Positions 11,447 to 25,260 of a DNA stretch of 64,000 nucleotides are shown here, piece by piece; the first letter of the stretch is position 1; each line of letters begins with the position of its first letter. The notes below the pieces were generated by a model. It searched no databases. It worked only from the letters and a program-made list of their open reading frames with translations, and was not told where the DNA came from. This stretch comes from Octopus sinensis (lineage: Eukaryota), in NCBI RefSeq assembly GCF_006345805.1, contig NC_043011.1, positions 24,812,464 to 24,876,463 on the forward strand, written 5' to 3'. The translations under genes were made by a program, and so were the position numbers.

Positions 11447-14400
11447 GTTTGGATATTTTCAAACATTTTTCTTTGTTAATCACCCCATAATTTATTCAAA
11501 ACTGATGTCAGTTACTTTTAGAGGTTTTTGTTGGTTTGTTTTTTAAAAGCATCACTTCCATTTTAAGTAGAAAAGTTTGGATCGTTTTCACATATCACAT
11601 TGTAGGTAACATAGTCATGACTTCTAGGTTTTTGTGATATTGACCCCTAAATCATTTGGATGTGTTATCAGCATAGGGAGAGCAACATAATGGTGGTTAT
11701 CCACAGCTTTGTAAAAACTAAGTAAAAATATATCTCTGGTGTCAGTTCTACTTTTGAATAAATAATATTTGCTCAATATCCATTGTATAGGAGCAGAGGT
11801 TTGTGAAGTGGCTTAAATGGTAGTATAGCAGGCTTTCAGGGATTAGTTTCATCTGTGTTTAGTTCTTTGTGAGATCTATGTTGCTTTCATTCCTATGGTT
11901 TCTGAAGTATGTCCTTGGTATTAACTAGGATCAATTTAACTAATTATTCATCTCGGTATACATTATAAATGATTGTAAACTGCAATAAATGCACTGCTCT
12001 TTAAAATGTACTGGATTTTTTTTTTAAACAAAAATTTGATTTATAACAAATTTTTAATTTCATCTGTAACTGAAATAATGGAATAACATGAGTAAGAAGA
12101 ATAAGAATCCAGAAGATACACTAAGAAATATTTCTGATTTATTATATAATATTTCACCATTTAAAAATGATAATCAGTGAGAAAATGTAAATGGCAGATG
12201 AGTTATGTATTTTAAACATACAAATGATATTAACTAATATTCTTGTCTTGACTACGCTGGATAATTTATAGGTGCATTGCCCTTAGTATTTATAACCTAA
12301 ACGTTCTCATTCTGAAGACTTCAGTATTGCACCAGTCAGTTAAAAAAAAATTGCTTCTGCCTTTACATGCTTTTTTTTTTTTTAAGCTTCAGCATGTACA
12401 TCTCCAGTTTTTACTTTCCATTATCATCTTTTGGTATGTAACTCCCTAGTTGGTCATCAGTTCCAATTAGAAAACAAAGCGTATCAAATAATTAATCAGA
12501 ATCTCTTTTCATCAACTCTGCTTAGCAAGAGATTTGAAGCACTAGAGCACATTGTGCTGGTGGTTTTGACCATTTCAAGCATACATTCTTATGTTCATTT
12601 TTTTTCTCCTTCAGATAGCACATTTTAAATACATTTGTGATCTAATTACTTATACTCTGTTACATTCTACCTGTTTAAAGTCAGTTAGTCAGTTTTTTTT
12701 TTAGTTCCTGAGGGTGTATGTTTTTACATTTTTCTTTTGTCTTTTTTATTTCTTAGTTTCCCATCTCTTTCTAAATCTACTATAATAGTTTGTCAAGTCT
12801 TGTTTATCGTTATATAGTCAAATCCATGCAAGCATAGAAAAAATGGACATAAGATGATTTGTCATTACATTTTAAAATATCTTGTTGGGTTATAATTAAT
12901 CTCTGTAACTTATAAATTTATCACTTACTTTTTACTGATTGATGAGTTAGGCATTTTACTTTTCCTGTCCTTCCCCTGCTATACTCTTTCTTTTTGGTAG
13001 TGTTTCATGGAGTTGGCTGTAGTTCAAGGTATTTGTGAAGTAGTGCTGTCCCTGACCTTGTCTATCCCCACTTTCTGTTGTAATTTTGCATTTTTATGTT
13101 GTTATAGCTGTCTATTTGTAGAGGCTGACTACACACATATTTTCATTCCGTATTTGTTTGTTACATTTCTCATTATTTAATTCAAGAAGCAGGTGTAAGG
13201 AGTATGATGGTGGATGTTATTCACATAAAAGCAATATTATGCATGTAACATATACATTAAACGCTGTAAAGTTTAAACAAAAACTTGTCTGGGAAATTTT
13301 CTATCAAATTGAAAACAATACTATCAGTGTTGCAAATATATACATAGCTATTTACATTTTCCCCTATACTGTCTTTGACTTCTGCTACACATAATCTCCA
13401 CAATCAGTGCACGTTACGTCACCATGCTTGCAGAGTCACATCTTGGCAGACACTTTTAGTGTTTAAGCAGCTTTCTTAGTTCTCTTACATACACTCCTAA
13501 CTTTTGCATTACATATTTAGCTGACACCTCATTGCTTCAATTTTCTTAGCTTCTACAGATCTCATTGTCTGTGTATATGCCTCATAATCATCCACCATCA
13601 TATTCTTTACACCTGCTTCTTGCAGTTTACTTTATGTGCAGAGAAAAATCCTTCATTGCTTGGACACTCTCTCTCTCAACTTCTTTCTATTTTATAAATA
13701 CTTCTGCTATCACTAATTAGAGCTTCCTAACAGAAACTATCAACTAGATTTAAGGAACACACCTGAAGTCTTGATTCTGTGTGAAACCCTACAGCCATGT
13801 TTTGTGTATTCATTGTTTGCACTATAGTCACATTGTCAACTTCCATCTTGTGCTCTCTCATAATGGCTACCACTTTATTTTTCATGTTGACCTTTAAGTT
13901 TCTGAACTTTTTCTGCTATTCTTCAGCAGATTTTACAATGAGATGTGGAATATAAAACATAAATATTCAGTCTTGAACTGTAAGAAATAAGTTTAGGGCA
14001 GAACCCTGGTAGACATACTTTACACTTGATTAACTACCTACCCTACCATTGTTTTTATTTTCATGTGTGGTTTAATCTTTCCTGGCAATTGTCTCATAAT
14101 ATGAAGCATTTCATTTCACATCCTAGTATAAACTAGAATACCATCTTATCCAATTCGCTAATACTTTCAAAACTTGGTTCATCTGTTTGAGGCTTTTGTA
14201 TTTGTTTCTCTCCTGTGCATCTCATTTGCCCTTCAGTAACACTGGTATACCAGTCATTGGGTGGGGGGCATCTTTATAAATGACCTGATTAACCAAACAA
14301 GTAAATAACAGGATTCATTTCTTGCCTTTATTTTCTTAATTTGTTTACTCACCTTAGTGAACCTTAATTGCTTCTTCACTTCACATTAGTCCACTTATAT

Positions 14401-15879
14401 TCTTCATTCAACAACTTTTTTGAATGACGCTTCCTTGCTCCTTTGTGTTTTTTATTTCATTTATTTATTCAATGATATGCTGGTTCATACTAACATTGCT
14501 TTACAATTCAAAATACTTTAAGCATCCCAACTTCATTGTGCTGAGCATTAATTAGCAAACCTAATGTTCTGCAGTAAACATTATTTACTAACTAAAACTT
14601 ATCACCTAAATACTGTTAGGTCAAGTTCACTTTACACTCACTTGATTCTGGGTTCAATCCCATACAATGGAATCATACCCAGTATCGTTCATGATGAATA
14701 GCCTTGGGTCAGTCCAAACCTATGAGTGAAATTGGATAGATGGAAACTATGAAAGCCCATCAAACTGTACCTATTCTTATCACATCATTGTCATCATTTA
14801 GTGTCCATTGTCCATACTGGCTTAAGTTGGACAGTTTGACCAGTTGGAAGGCTGCACTAGACTCCAGTCTGATTTGGCATGGTTTCTATGGCTGGATGCC
14901 ATTCCAGACACCCACAACTACAAGAGTGTAATGGGTGCTTTTACGTGCCATTTGCATGACACCAATTTCTGTCACAACTGCAATTTTACTTGGTTCAAAT
15001 GGTCTTCTTCTCAAGCACAACATAATGCCAAAGGTCTGTCATTACCTCCGTAAAGTCCAACACTCAAAAAGAGCTCTTCATGTGCCATTGGCATCAGACA
15101 CGTTGCCTCAGTGAGCCCCAATGCTCAGGTAGAGCTAATTCATTACTTAGTTTAACACCACCATCTGGCCTTTGGGTACATTAAATGGTCTTCATTCTGA
15201 TCAGCTCTTCAGGTAGAATATAACTCAATATCTTGATGCTTTGCCCCCCGCTGCAATACAGGAACTATTATAGTTCCTTCTTTACCTTCCACTGCCAGTC
15301 TCAAAGGCCATATAAATATTAGGTGCTGCCCTAATTCTCTGACTAAGCCGTCATTTTTTTTTTTTAATTCAACAAACATGCCACGAGATGAGAAGCATCA
15401 TAGTATTTATAGATGTTTTATATCAAAATTGTTCATTACGAATATCTGTTTAGCCCTTTGAAGGCATTTTACTATGAATAAAATATAACTCCAAACCCTA
15501 AATTGCTATACTGATGAAAATCATTGAATTCCTGTGTAGGGCTTCTTTCTCCAACCTTCATGAGGTCCAGTATTGCAGCATAAATGCACTAGATAGATTG
15601 GAGGTGGAAATCAACTATGTGACTACAAGGCCGTCATAACTCCATTCACAATCTTATGAGTTCCTATATCTTTGATAGATTTATAATTTCACTCATTACT
15701 TACCTTAACTCAATAATCACTATGATGTATGTGACTTAAAATTTATTTCAAATCCAGTGATTTGTTGCATTTTGATTTTTAGCAATATTTGTTTTATTGT
15801 ACTTGACAAAGTGAATATTTAGTAATTACATTTTTTTGTTCTTTTTTTTTTCTCTTTTTTTTCTCCAATTTATCTGCAG

Positions 15880-16708
15880 ATGTATGGAGTTTGCATTGTC
15901 AGAAGGAGATCAGAGCATTTTAGAAATGGACCATAGTTTGTTCGTTCAAGAAGTTCTTCTATCAACATTAGATGACGAGCTACAACCATTATTCTTAGAA
16001 AAAATGATACAATTGGAGATTGGCAGTGGGGTGAACCCTCAAGAAAAGGCACCTAATATTGGGGGTGGAAGTGGCAGTAGCAGTGGCGGCAGGAGTGGCA
16101 GTGACAATTCCAGTGGCGGTACTGTTAGTGGTGAGAGCAGCAGCAGTAGTAGCAGCAACGATACTAGTCTGCAGAAATCCACAGTGAAAAGTAAAGCTAC
16201 CCGTCAAAGACCACTAGAGAGTTCTCTGCACAATCAACCGAAAGGTAGTGGTAGCAGTGGCAACTCGAATTGTAGTAGTGGAGGAAATGGAAGTGCTGGT
16301 AGCTGCAGCAGCAGTGGGGCTACTAGTAGTGGGGCCAGTTGTGGAAGCAGCAATATTGCAGGTGGTGGTACTCAAAATATCACAGTGATCAAACAGATGT
16401 CAGCTTCTTCTAATTCTGCTTCCCGTAGTGCATCAGGGACAAGTCCGATCTCTGCAACTTCTCAGAGTTCTTCACTTACACAAGCCAATTTAGTATTGCT
16501 TTCTGGTCAGGGGAGCAACATTGGGCGAGGGTTAAATACAGGGGGACAAGGGGTGGGTAATATGGTTGGGGGGAGTGCCACATCTCAGGCTCAGTCCAGA
16601 TCAACTGGTTTGAGAGAACCTCTTGTCAGTACAAGTTCAGCTAAGAGGTATATGCTCAAGCATTTAGAAGCTACAAAAGCTTCTGATAGAGAGCCTCCAC
16701 CACACTAA
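15880..16708 (+). CDS. KCMF1: KCMF1 terminal coding exon with long Gly/Ser-rich region
   Basis: tgcAG acceptor in the correct phase. Contains DHSLFVQEVLLSTL (cf. KCMF1 DRSLFVQELLLSTL) and ends DREPPPH* (cf. EPPPPPL). Stop TAA at 16706-16708. Confidence 0.88.
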
Positions 16709-19700
16709 CATATAAAAAAAAAATTCTTGGCATAACTATTCAGAATACAGTTTTGTGGTCTTTATTTATTTCCTGGAAGACGTTCTTGCTTTGCTAGAAA
16801 ACTTTGTAGCGATTCATGAGGAAACATTTGAAAAAGAAAAAAAATAAGGCCTTTTTAAGCAGCAAAGGCAATATAAAGATGGACAACGGATTGTACATAG
16901 ATTACTTGAACTGACACCAGAATCTTTTAGACTTGCTGTGAGCTTTTGTAAAGTTGGCCTGTGATATTTGTATTGTTTTGCCATTGATATGGCCCAAGCC
17001 ATGTTAACAGGAATAAACAAAATCCACGCTTCTAATCGGCTACGACTGGTTTGAGGTGTAGTTCTGTCAGACCTGACTCAGATTTTGATGTCTTTTTGAA
17101 TAATTGAATTTCTGTGACTGTTTCTCCTCTCCAAAACTCCCACTTGTGCTAACTTGAAATCCAAATTTAAGGTAAAAGGAAAAAAGAAAAGAAAAAAAAT
17201 TAATTTCTAGTGACCATGTGTGCTTTTACACTCTTGCAGACATTCTTAATTATATGTTCCTGATAAGAATATCACTGCACAAATATGTGTATTTACATAA
17301 GCAGCTGAGTGTAAATGCACACTCACACACAGGAGCATAAACGAGTTGGCATTATCTGCTATTCTCACTCTTCTTTCCAGTTAAAAAAAAAACATATTGG
17401 GGGCAAAAAAAAAAAAATTTAGAATATGTATTAAATAAACTTTGTCTAGGTCTTGATCATTTCAGAATCTTTCTTGAATTTTTTTTTTCTTTTCTGCTTC
17501 CCCTTTTCTCTCCATATCCCTACCTATCCTAACCAGTCTTTTCCATAGCTCTAATATATGAAACCATCTATAATAAACATGTATAATTCACTGCAATAAT
17601 TATGTAAATATGTGAGCACAAGTGCTTGGATCTGCTACAATGAAGTACACACATGACTATCACTGCTTCCAAGACCTGAAAGAGTGTATTTAGGGGGAAT
17701 ATTTTATTTTATTTATATTTTTTTTTTTTAAATCCTCATTGCTTTTCCTTCCCTTTTCCATTCTGCTGTCTCGCTACTTGAGGCAGAGGATGCATGTTTA
17801 TATAATGAAAGTGTTTAAAAATTGAAATAAACTTATTTCAATCAACATAATTTTGTCCAGGCTACCATTTCATTTCTAATTTCTCTTCAACTTAAAAAAA
17901 TTTCTATCAAAATATTTTAGAATTTATTCCTATATTAACTTTCATAAAACAATAAAAAGGACAAAAAAAAAGAAAAAGTACCCTTCTCTTTAATCTTGTC
18001 GGGATTTCCTCCACCTTCTCTCCCTCTAATATTTCTTTTGATAAAGAATATAACCGATCACATGGCCGAGTTATTTTTCTAACTTGCTATTTTGTCTATT
18101 GTGCAGCTGGGTAAACTGGCTTACCTTCTGCACTCCTTCCTCTACCTAGTTTTGATATCTGCTAATAACTAATTTCAAGGATATCTCTTTCATTGATTTG
18201 CTAAGACTGGCTTATCAACATTTTAATGTTTATTATAAAACACACACACACGCAGCTCACATATTGTCCCAAAGAGAAGGTTTGTGTTGAGTAAGTCCTC
18301 TCATCTTCTGAATATTTTCTGTTATTTAAATAACACAGATTATTGTCAGTGTTGATACAGATATTTCTGCACTGCTATGATCATACTTTATACCATTTTC
18401 AACACTGATTCATTTTATTCGGCACAAACACAACAAGGCTGTTTCATTATGGAGCACTATACACATATTTTTCTGTCAGCTGTACATCTTTTCCAATAAG
18501 TTGTTATACAACTTGGAAAAACTAAAATTAAAAAAAAAAAAGAAAAAAAAAACTACCTTGGATTTCAATCAGATTTTAGAGTGCTATTTCATAAGATTTC
18601 CAAGAAACACTTGGCTTATTTTCAAGCATTGTATATTTTGTACAAAAATAGTAAAATAGATTTCATAAATTTCAAACTACAAACATAATCATTGCTTATT
18701 TATTCCTGTTAGAAATATCCAAAAATCAGTTTCTTTAAAAAAAAATCTGTTTGATTAAATTTTATATAATAGAGAGAAAGAGAGAACTGCAAGAAAATGC
18801 ATACTCCTATGGATTAATTAGTTATTTGGACATTTCATGGCTGCTTTCAATCAATACTGATTTAGTCACTGAAATAATCAAATTTTTCAAAGCATGCATT
18901 CTTAATCTGGTTTATTAATAGTTATTTTCATAAGTTAAAATATTAATTCTAATTGATAGCATGATCTAAAAGATTACTGTTATTTTTAACAAGTGCAGAA
19001 ATTTCATTAGATTTTTTTTTTTTTAATGCAGGGATTAACTAGTTTCATTACTAAACATTGTTTAGTATAACTGGTTGACAACTACCGAGATCATGAAATA
19101 AGAGTCAGTTCTTGTTTTACTGTTAATTATTGATTTGTATTTATACAATTTTCAAAAATTTGGCCTACACACTTGTACTGTTTTTTTTTATTATTGATTT
19201 TTAATAACTAACATTTAATTACATGCTAATTAATATATAACTATAATGGTGTAAGTTAAGCCAGAATGTGAATTTGGGTTGGTGATTTTTGTGGGGTGTG
19301 GGGTTTCTTTTTGTTTTTGGTTTTATTTTTCCCAAAACTTGGAAACAAATTAAGAATGCAGAAGTTTGTACACTTAGCTGAGATTATGGGGGGAGAGGGA
19401 AAGACAGAAAAACTGAAAGAATTCATCCAGCCAGGTTTCATTTGGCTCTACAGAGATGGCAGTGAAACTGAAAGAATTTGTGTAAAGAATTCATCCCAGA
19501 TGGTTTCATTTGAGACGGGTTTGATTCAGAATGTTTAGTTGAAAATTCTGTTTGTGTCCTTAATCACCATTTTGTGTGAATGTTGTGTTTGAATGATCTC
19601 TATTGCTCTTTTTATTTTTTTTCTCGCCCCAACTGAATAAATCAAATTAACTCTGCTTATGGTGATCTAAGGACTAATTATTATATACAAAGTTAATTAT

Positions 19701-20600
19701 ATCAACTTTAAAGGAAGAAAAAAAACCCTGAAAAGTCACTACTAAATATTTTATATTTCATATTTATTAAGATTGTTGTTACATGTAGAATTTTATTATA
19801 TATATAACCTGACCACAAAGTTAATATTGGAACAGCTAATGGAAAGTTGATTAGTTTTCCCTAAAAACAATTTTTAAAAAATTTAAGTGTTAATTATGCT
19901 TGCATTCTCCCTTCTGCAGTTTAGTTAACTCATTATTTAAAAGGCCAGCTCCTCATCCTATTCCAAATAGGTTGTTAACCTTGTGTAAATGTATCATCAA
20001 GTTAGAACAGAAAGGGGGGCAATGGTTTTTTGTTTTAATAATTACTTGCTTTTGTATTTTTAGACAATTTTTTTTTTAAGTATAACAGTGTATTTTAAAA
20101 AATTTTAATCTTAATTATATTCCAAGTAGTCACAAGAAATTGCAGAGAAATATAGGTTTGTCACCCTTGTTTTAGAATTTAAACTTGAGTTTATTTAAGT
20201 CATATCCTTTAATCACAGATAGAAGCTTCTGCAAAGTGCTTGTTATTTTATTTTAAAAATGTCTATTTTTAAAAATTTCATTGCAAGCACTTATTTAATA
20301 TATTTTCTCTCTATTTTTTTTTTCTTCAAATTACCTTGAAATTATCAACTGACCTTAAAAAAAAATACTTGCTTTTGCAATTGTATTATTCTTTAGCAAG
20401 TTTTCAGACATTGAAAGGGCAACATGGAATAATAAATTTGATTGGTTTCATCACACTTTTATGCCTCGTTATTTTTGCTTTAAATCTTTTCTCACACTTT
20501 AAAAACAATGTGTATATCTATTTACACACACTGTATCTTAACTGCAGGTTGCCTAAATATATTTTGGTAAAATAAAATATTCTATAATGGAATAATCAGT
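16709..20600 (+). other. Probable long KCMF1 3' UTR
   Basis: About 4 kb of U-rich sequence with no recognisable SINE and several AATAAA hexamers; the last before MRPS18C considered here is at 20571-20576. The true end is unknown. Confidence 0.4.
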
Positions 20601-21211
20601 ACTTTAATTTGTATAATTAATTTTTATTTCAGCTAACCATCACAAGACATTTTCAGAGATTTGCTTGTTAAATTGGAATTTATCTTTCAAAGCAATTTTC
20701 CCCCCCTATTCCTTTATCTTTTGTAATAGCCTAAACTAATCTAGACAGTTTCATAACAAAAAGCTATATAACACAAATTATCAACTGTAGGAACCAAACT
20801 AATAAGCCTTGACAATATCTGCTCAAGTTGGTCTACTGAGAGTTATGCTCTCCAGATTCAACCCACAACATTCAAAATAGTTGTATATTTTGCAAAAGAA
20901 AAGAATATATATTTTTAACTTAGCATTGGTTTTCTAAAAAGAAAACCTTTAAGTGAATATTTCATATGAATAGCATTGTCTGGTCTTTGTGCAGTCTAGA
21001 AACTTAAGGCTTAAATCCTGATTACTAATTTTGTAAGAGTTTTAGGCAGTAGAATTGACATCTCTTTCAGGGGTTAAATTACAGCGTTCACAACAGTTGC
21101 AATGTAGAGCAAAACAATAGGAATTTTTTTTTTTTTTTTACTTGCTGTTAATATTTTTCAACATAAATAAGATTACAAGTTCAAATATTTTTACAAATAC
21201 AAACCAATAAC

Positions 21212-21217
21212 TTTATT
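21212..21217 (-). terminator. MRPS18C polyadenylation signal (AATAAA)
   Basis: TTTATT on the + strand, about 30 nt past the stop codon on the - strand. Confidence 0.65.
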
Positions 21218-21245
21218 CTGTCTATGTTACATTAAGAAATTCCGA

Positions 21246-21334
21246 CTAAGAGTTGTACTTCTTTGGTCGAAGTGGATCAAAGAGTTTAGGATCTTCCACA
21301 TAGCGCCGATCTTTAAACATAAAGGGCATTAAAC
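21246..21334 (-). CDS. MRPS18C: MRPS18C terminal exon
   Basis: ttcttttgtAG acceptor. (G)LMPFMFKDRRYVEDPKLFDPLRPKKYNS* matches GFMPVTYKDPAYLKDPK. Stop TAG at 21248-21246. Confidence 0.92.
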
Positions 21335-22869
21335 CTACAAAAGAAATAAATATTGCAGTTAATAGGGGAGGTGTGAAACTGTCCAAAATTGGTTTTAATT
21401 AAAACCAAGATAAACATAACATATTCTTTTCTTTGTTAGTGAATACAAAACTTAAACATTTGAATCAGAATAAAGAAAAATGATAGCAAGGAACTGATAT
21501 CCATACCAACATGGAAAACTGACATCAAATAGTGATGAAGATAACATATACCACAGAACCCTAGAAGCTATTAATCTGAGCATGATCCATTGAATAGACA
21601 AGGTACAAAAAAGGCTCAATTGCAAGTATGCTGATAAAAATGATTGTTGCATAAAAGAGAAGACAACTGTGCTCGTTTGCAAGTGGTAAGTGAGAATGAG
21701 AGGAACTGACGACAAAGATTTGAGCAGAAGTAATTTGATCTGACTGTGAGCTGAGCTTTATAGATGAAATGCATAGGAATGTGATGCTGTATATACTAAT
21801 CTAATCAAACAACGAAAGTGAAGATAAATATTTTTTTTTTAATGTAAATAATGCATAAATAGGATATTCACTTGGTTACCACATATTCTCCAGAGCATTT
21901 TGGACAGGTGTCTCCTACTGTAGCCTTACTAGTGTCATGTGAGCAGAAACAGATAGAAATCCATGTGTATGTGTGAATATACATGTATCTGTAAATGTTT
22001 ACATTCCACACCCATGCATCAAATTGCTGAGCAAAAAATGATATCATCTAGCTGTATGCTTTTGAAGACAAGAGGAGCAAAATAAAAGCATTACTTGAAA
22101 AACAGGTAAGTATTAGTGACAAGAAAAGTACTCAGTTGTAAAACAATGGCCCAATAAGTATTCATCAACCCCATGCTAGCTTGAGAAAAATGCTGTAAAA
22201 ACCAACAATATAACAAACTAAGTTGTAAGATTGAAAACTGACTTTAAAAAATCATTTATTTTTTAGCATTTAAACCAGTAATATCCAACCCAAATATTCC
22301 ACTTGTATGTTCAAACTAGCCGGATCTGACCTCCCAAACCTATCCTACAATGTCATTCTAAAAATAAATAATCACATCATTGTAGCATTATATGTGACAG
22401 TAATTTGAATGCTAAAAGGTTAATATAATTTTAAACTTATCAATAATGAATATTTGCTTTATAACTAGTCACATCCTCTTGTAGTTTTACTGAATGTAGT
22501 TATAGTGTTAAGTAACTCTGCCTGTTACATATGACACTGGGGTTCAATTGCCTGCCAGGGTAGAATGAATAAATTTTTCCCTGCTGAGCCCTGGCAAAAG
22601 CGTAAAATCAAGACAAATCCAAATCACTCAAAATCACACACCAACACAGGAAAGTACCTAAAGTCAGGGCTTGTCTAGACATGTAAATAATATGATTCAG
22701 TCCCACCATGTGCTTCAACTTGCAGAGACCAGGCTCTCCACTCTCCCATTTAGAACTATCTCAAACTTATTCAGCTTGTGCACTCATGCATACAACCAAT
22801 CACAAATTTACATTGTCTATAATATATATATATATATATATAATTTATATAGTCTATAATATATATATA

Positions 22870-23250
22870 TCATCATCATCATTTAGCGTCCGCTTTCCAT
22901 GCTAGCATGGGTTGGACGGTTGAACTGGAGTCTGGGAAGCCAGAAGGCAGCACCAGGCCCAGTCTGATCTAGCAATGTTTCTACGGCTGGATGCCCTTCC
23001 TAATGCCAACCACTCCGTGAGTGTAGTGGGTGCTTTTTACATGCCACCGGCACAGGTGCCAGACGAGGCTGGCAAACGGCCACGATCGGATGGTGCTTTT
23101 TACGTGCCACCGGCATGGGGGCCAGGCGAGGCTGGCAATGGCCACGAACGGATGGTGCTTTTTACGTGCCACTGGCACGAGGCCAGTCGGGGCGGCGCTG
23201 GCAACGGCCACGTTCGGATGGTTCTCTTACGTGCCACCGGCACTGGTAGT
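22870..23250 (-). mobile_element. RTE-tail-type short element (family A) with a 5' tandem array and (ATG)n tail
   Basis: CATCATCAT tail on +, CATGCTAGCATG hairpin, and about 3.5 units of 62-66 bp starting at 23029, 23092, 23154 and 23220. Relatives near 14790, 31215, 36075, 46625, 50880, 53653, 55690 and 58480. Confidence 0.8.
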
Positions 23251-23255
23251 CTATA

Positions 23256-23292
<37 letters not shown>

Positions 23293-23859
23293 ACCCTTAC
23301 ATATCTATAATATATATACAACAAAACAAATAATCTAAAATGTGGTTCTTAACCAGGGTCCGTTTTGTTAAAATTTATCTGCAATAAATTTGTTAAACTT
23401 CTGCAATACACAAAATATTCTAACAATATTTTAATATAATTCCCAATAATATTTGATTATAAAAATATATGATTTTTTTTTTAAACATAGCATAGCTAGG
23501 AGTGTACACCTGAGTAAAATAGGAATGAAAGGGGTCCGACACTGCTCTAAGTGGTCACATAAACTGCAAGGAATTTCCCTCAAGTCATATCCTAATATCT
23601 TGAAAAACAAAGGAAAGCACATTATTTAATGTCATCTTAGATACACTACAGCTGAAAAACAGGTCACAGCCAAAATGATTTGGGTCAATGTTGAGTTGGG
23701 GATAAACAGCAACCACTAAACGCCAAACTCAACATACAAGTATAACAACTAAATTACAGCGTGTTCTGAAAGAGTAGGCACAGTCATAGCTGTGTGGTTA
23801 AGTTCCCACCAGTAGATAAATAAAAAGTGAAAGAAGCATGTCATGGGCATGTGTGTATG

Positions 23860-23892
<33 letters not shown>

Positions 23893-24390
23893 TATATATT
23901 ACATATATATACAGACATGGTAAAACAAATGAATTATATATTTGTGTACAGACAGATAGATTTAATATTGGGCCGTGCCCCACAATCTATGCAGGCCAAG
24001 ATTGGTGACATCAATGTGGTTATGATTACTTTGTCAGCTGGAAACACATCCCAAAATGCTGATGTTCTAGATAGAGTGGAATTCTTGTAAGCAGATGATT
24101 TTTTTTATGGCCAGGTGCAATTCCTGTTGCCCTACCTGTTTCCAAGCAAGGTAATATTTCCTCATCACCGGACGTTTTTTTACACCCATTCAGCATGGAA
24201 GGCAGATGTTAAATAGTGATAATAAATAACACTGCTTGTTTGACAGGGACACTCATTTACAACCATCATGTGATGTCAAGACATGGAGATACAAACACAC
24301 ACAAAAAAAACATATATATATATATATATATATATACTTGGAAAAGGATGTGTAGCATTCGATCATATAATAATATAAATAATATATAAG

Positions 24391-24786
24391 TATATATACA
24401 TGCATATATGGGTACAGCACATCAGAAAAACGTTGAACACAATGAGAAACGAAAACATAAAAACAAAAACATAGAAACAAACTTTTTTTTGAACAACAGA
24501 AAAAAAACAAAGAGAAATGAGACATACAACATAAAGAATATTCCCCTTCTTCAGTTGTCCCTGTTTTATCTACTCCACGTTGTGCTTGCCTTCGAAACAT
24601 GGAGTAGATGAAACAGGGACAACTGAAGAAGGGGAATATTCTTTATGTTGTATGTCTCATTTCTCTTTGTTTTTTTTCTGTTGTTCAAAAAAAAGTTTGT
24701 TTCTATGTTTTTGTTTTTATGTTTTCGTTTCTCATTGTGTTCAACGTTTTTTTGATGTGCTGTACCCATATATGCATGTATATATA
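24391..24786. repeat. Fold-back element, about 187-bp near-identical arms with a 22-nt spacer
   Basis: Arms at 24391-24577 and 24600-24786 are reverse complements with few differences. A diverged single arm lies at about 33365-33555. Confidence 0.92.
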
Positions 24787-24856
24787 CATATAGATGTAGG
24801 TATGTACATATATGTATGTATATATGCATATATTTATATATTATATTATTATTACA

Positions 24857-25260
24857 GGCACAGGAGTGGCTGTGTGGTAAGTAGCTTGTTTACCAACCAC
24901 ATGGTTCCAGGTTAAGTCCCACTGCGTGGCACCTTGGGCAAGTGTCTTCTACTATAGCCTCGGGCCGACCAAAGCCTTGTGAGTGGATTTGGTAGACGGA
25001 AACTGAAAGAATCCCGTCGTATATATGTGTATATATATATATATATATATGCGTGTGTGTGTGTGTCTGTGTTTGTCCCCCTAGCATTGCTTGACAACCG
25101 ATGCTGGTGTGTTTATGTCCCTGTTACTTAGCGGTTCGGCAAAAGAGACCGATAGAATAAGTACTGGGCTTACAAAAGAATAAGTCCCGGGGTCGAGTTG
25201 CTCGATTAAAGGCGGTGCTCCAGCATGGCCACAGTCAAATGACTGAAACAAGTAAAAGAG
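24857..25260 (+). mobile_element. SINE family B, full length
   Basis: Colinear with the 7054 copy. Confidence 0.87.

Noticed and set aside
16892-17610. Pumilio-type TGTAHATA sites in the KCMF1 3' region (16892, 17603)
   Set aside because: Two hits in several kb of very AT-rich DNA are within chance expectation.
21452-21715. 87-aa hydrophobic - strand ORF
   Set aside because: It lies in the last MRPS18C intron, starts at TTG, and shows no recognisable family motif. Hydrophobicity is expected from T-rich DNA.
23029-23250. CRISPR-like array
   Set aside because: The units are tandem repeats without unique spacers, inside a eukaryotic retroelement, and there are no cas genes.
24592-24640. GAAAC...CTGAAGA read as a type II hammerhead
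   Set aside because: Stem III, the NUH site and stem I could not be formed.
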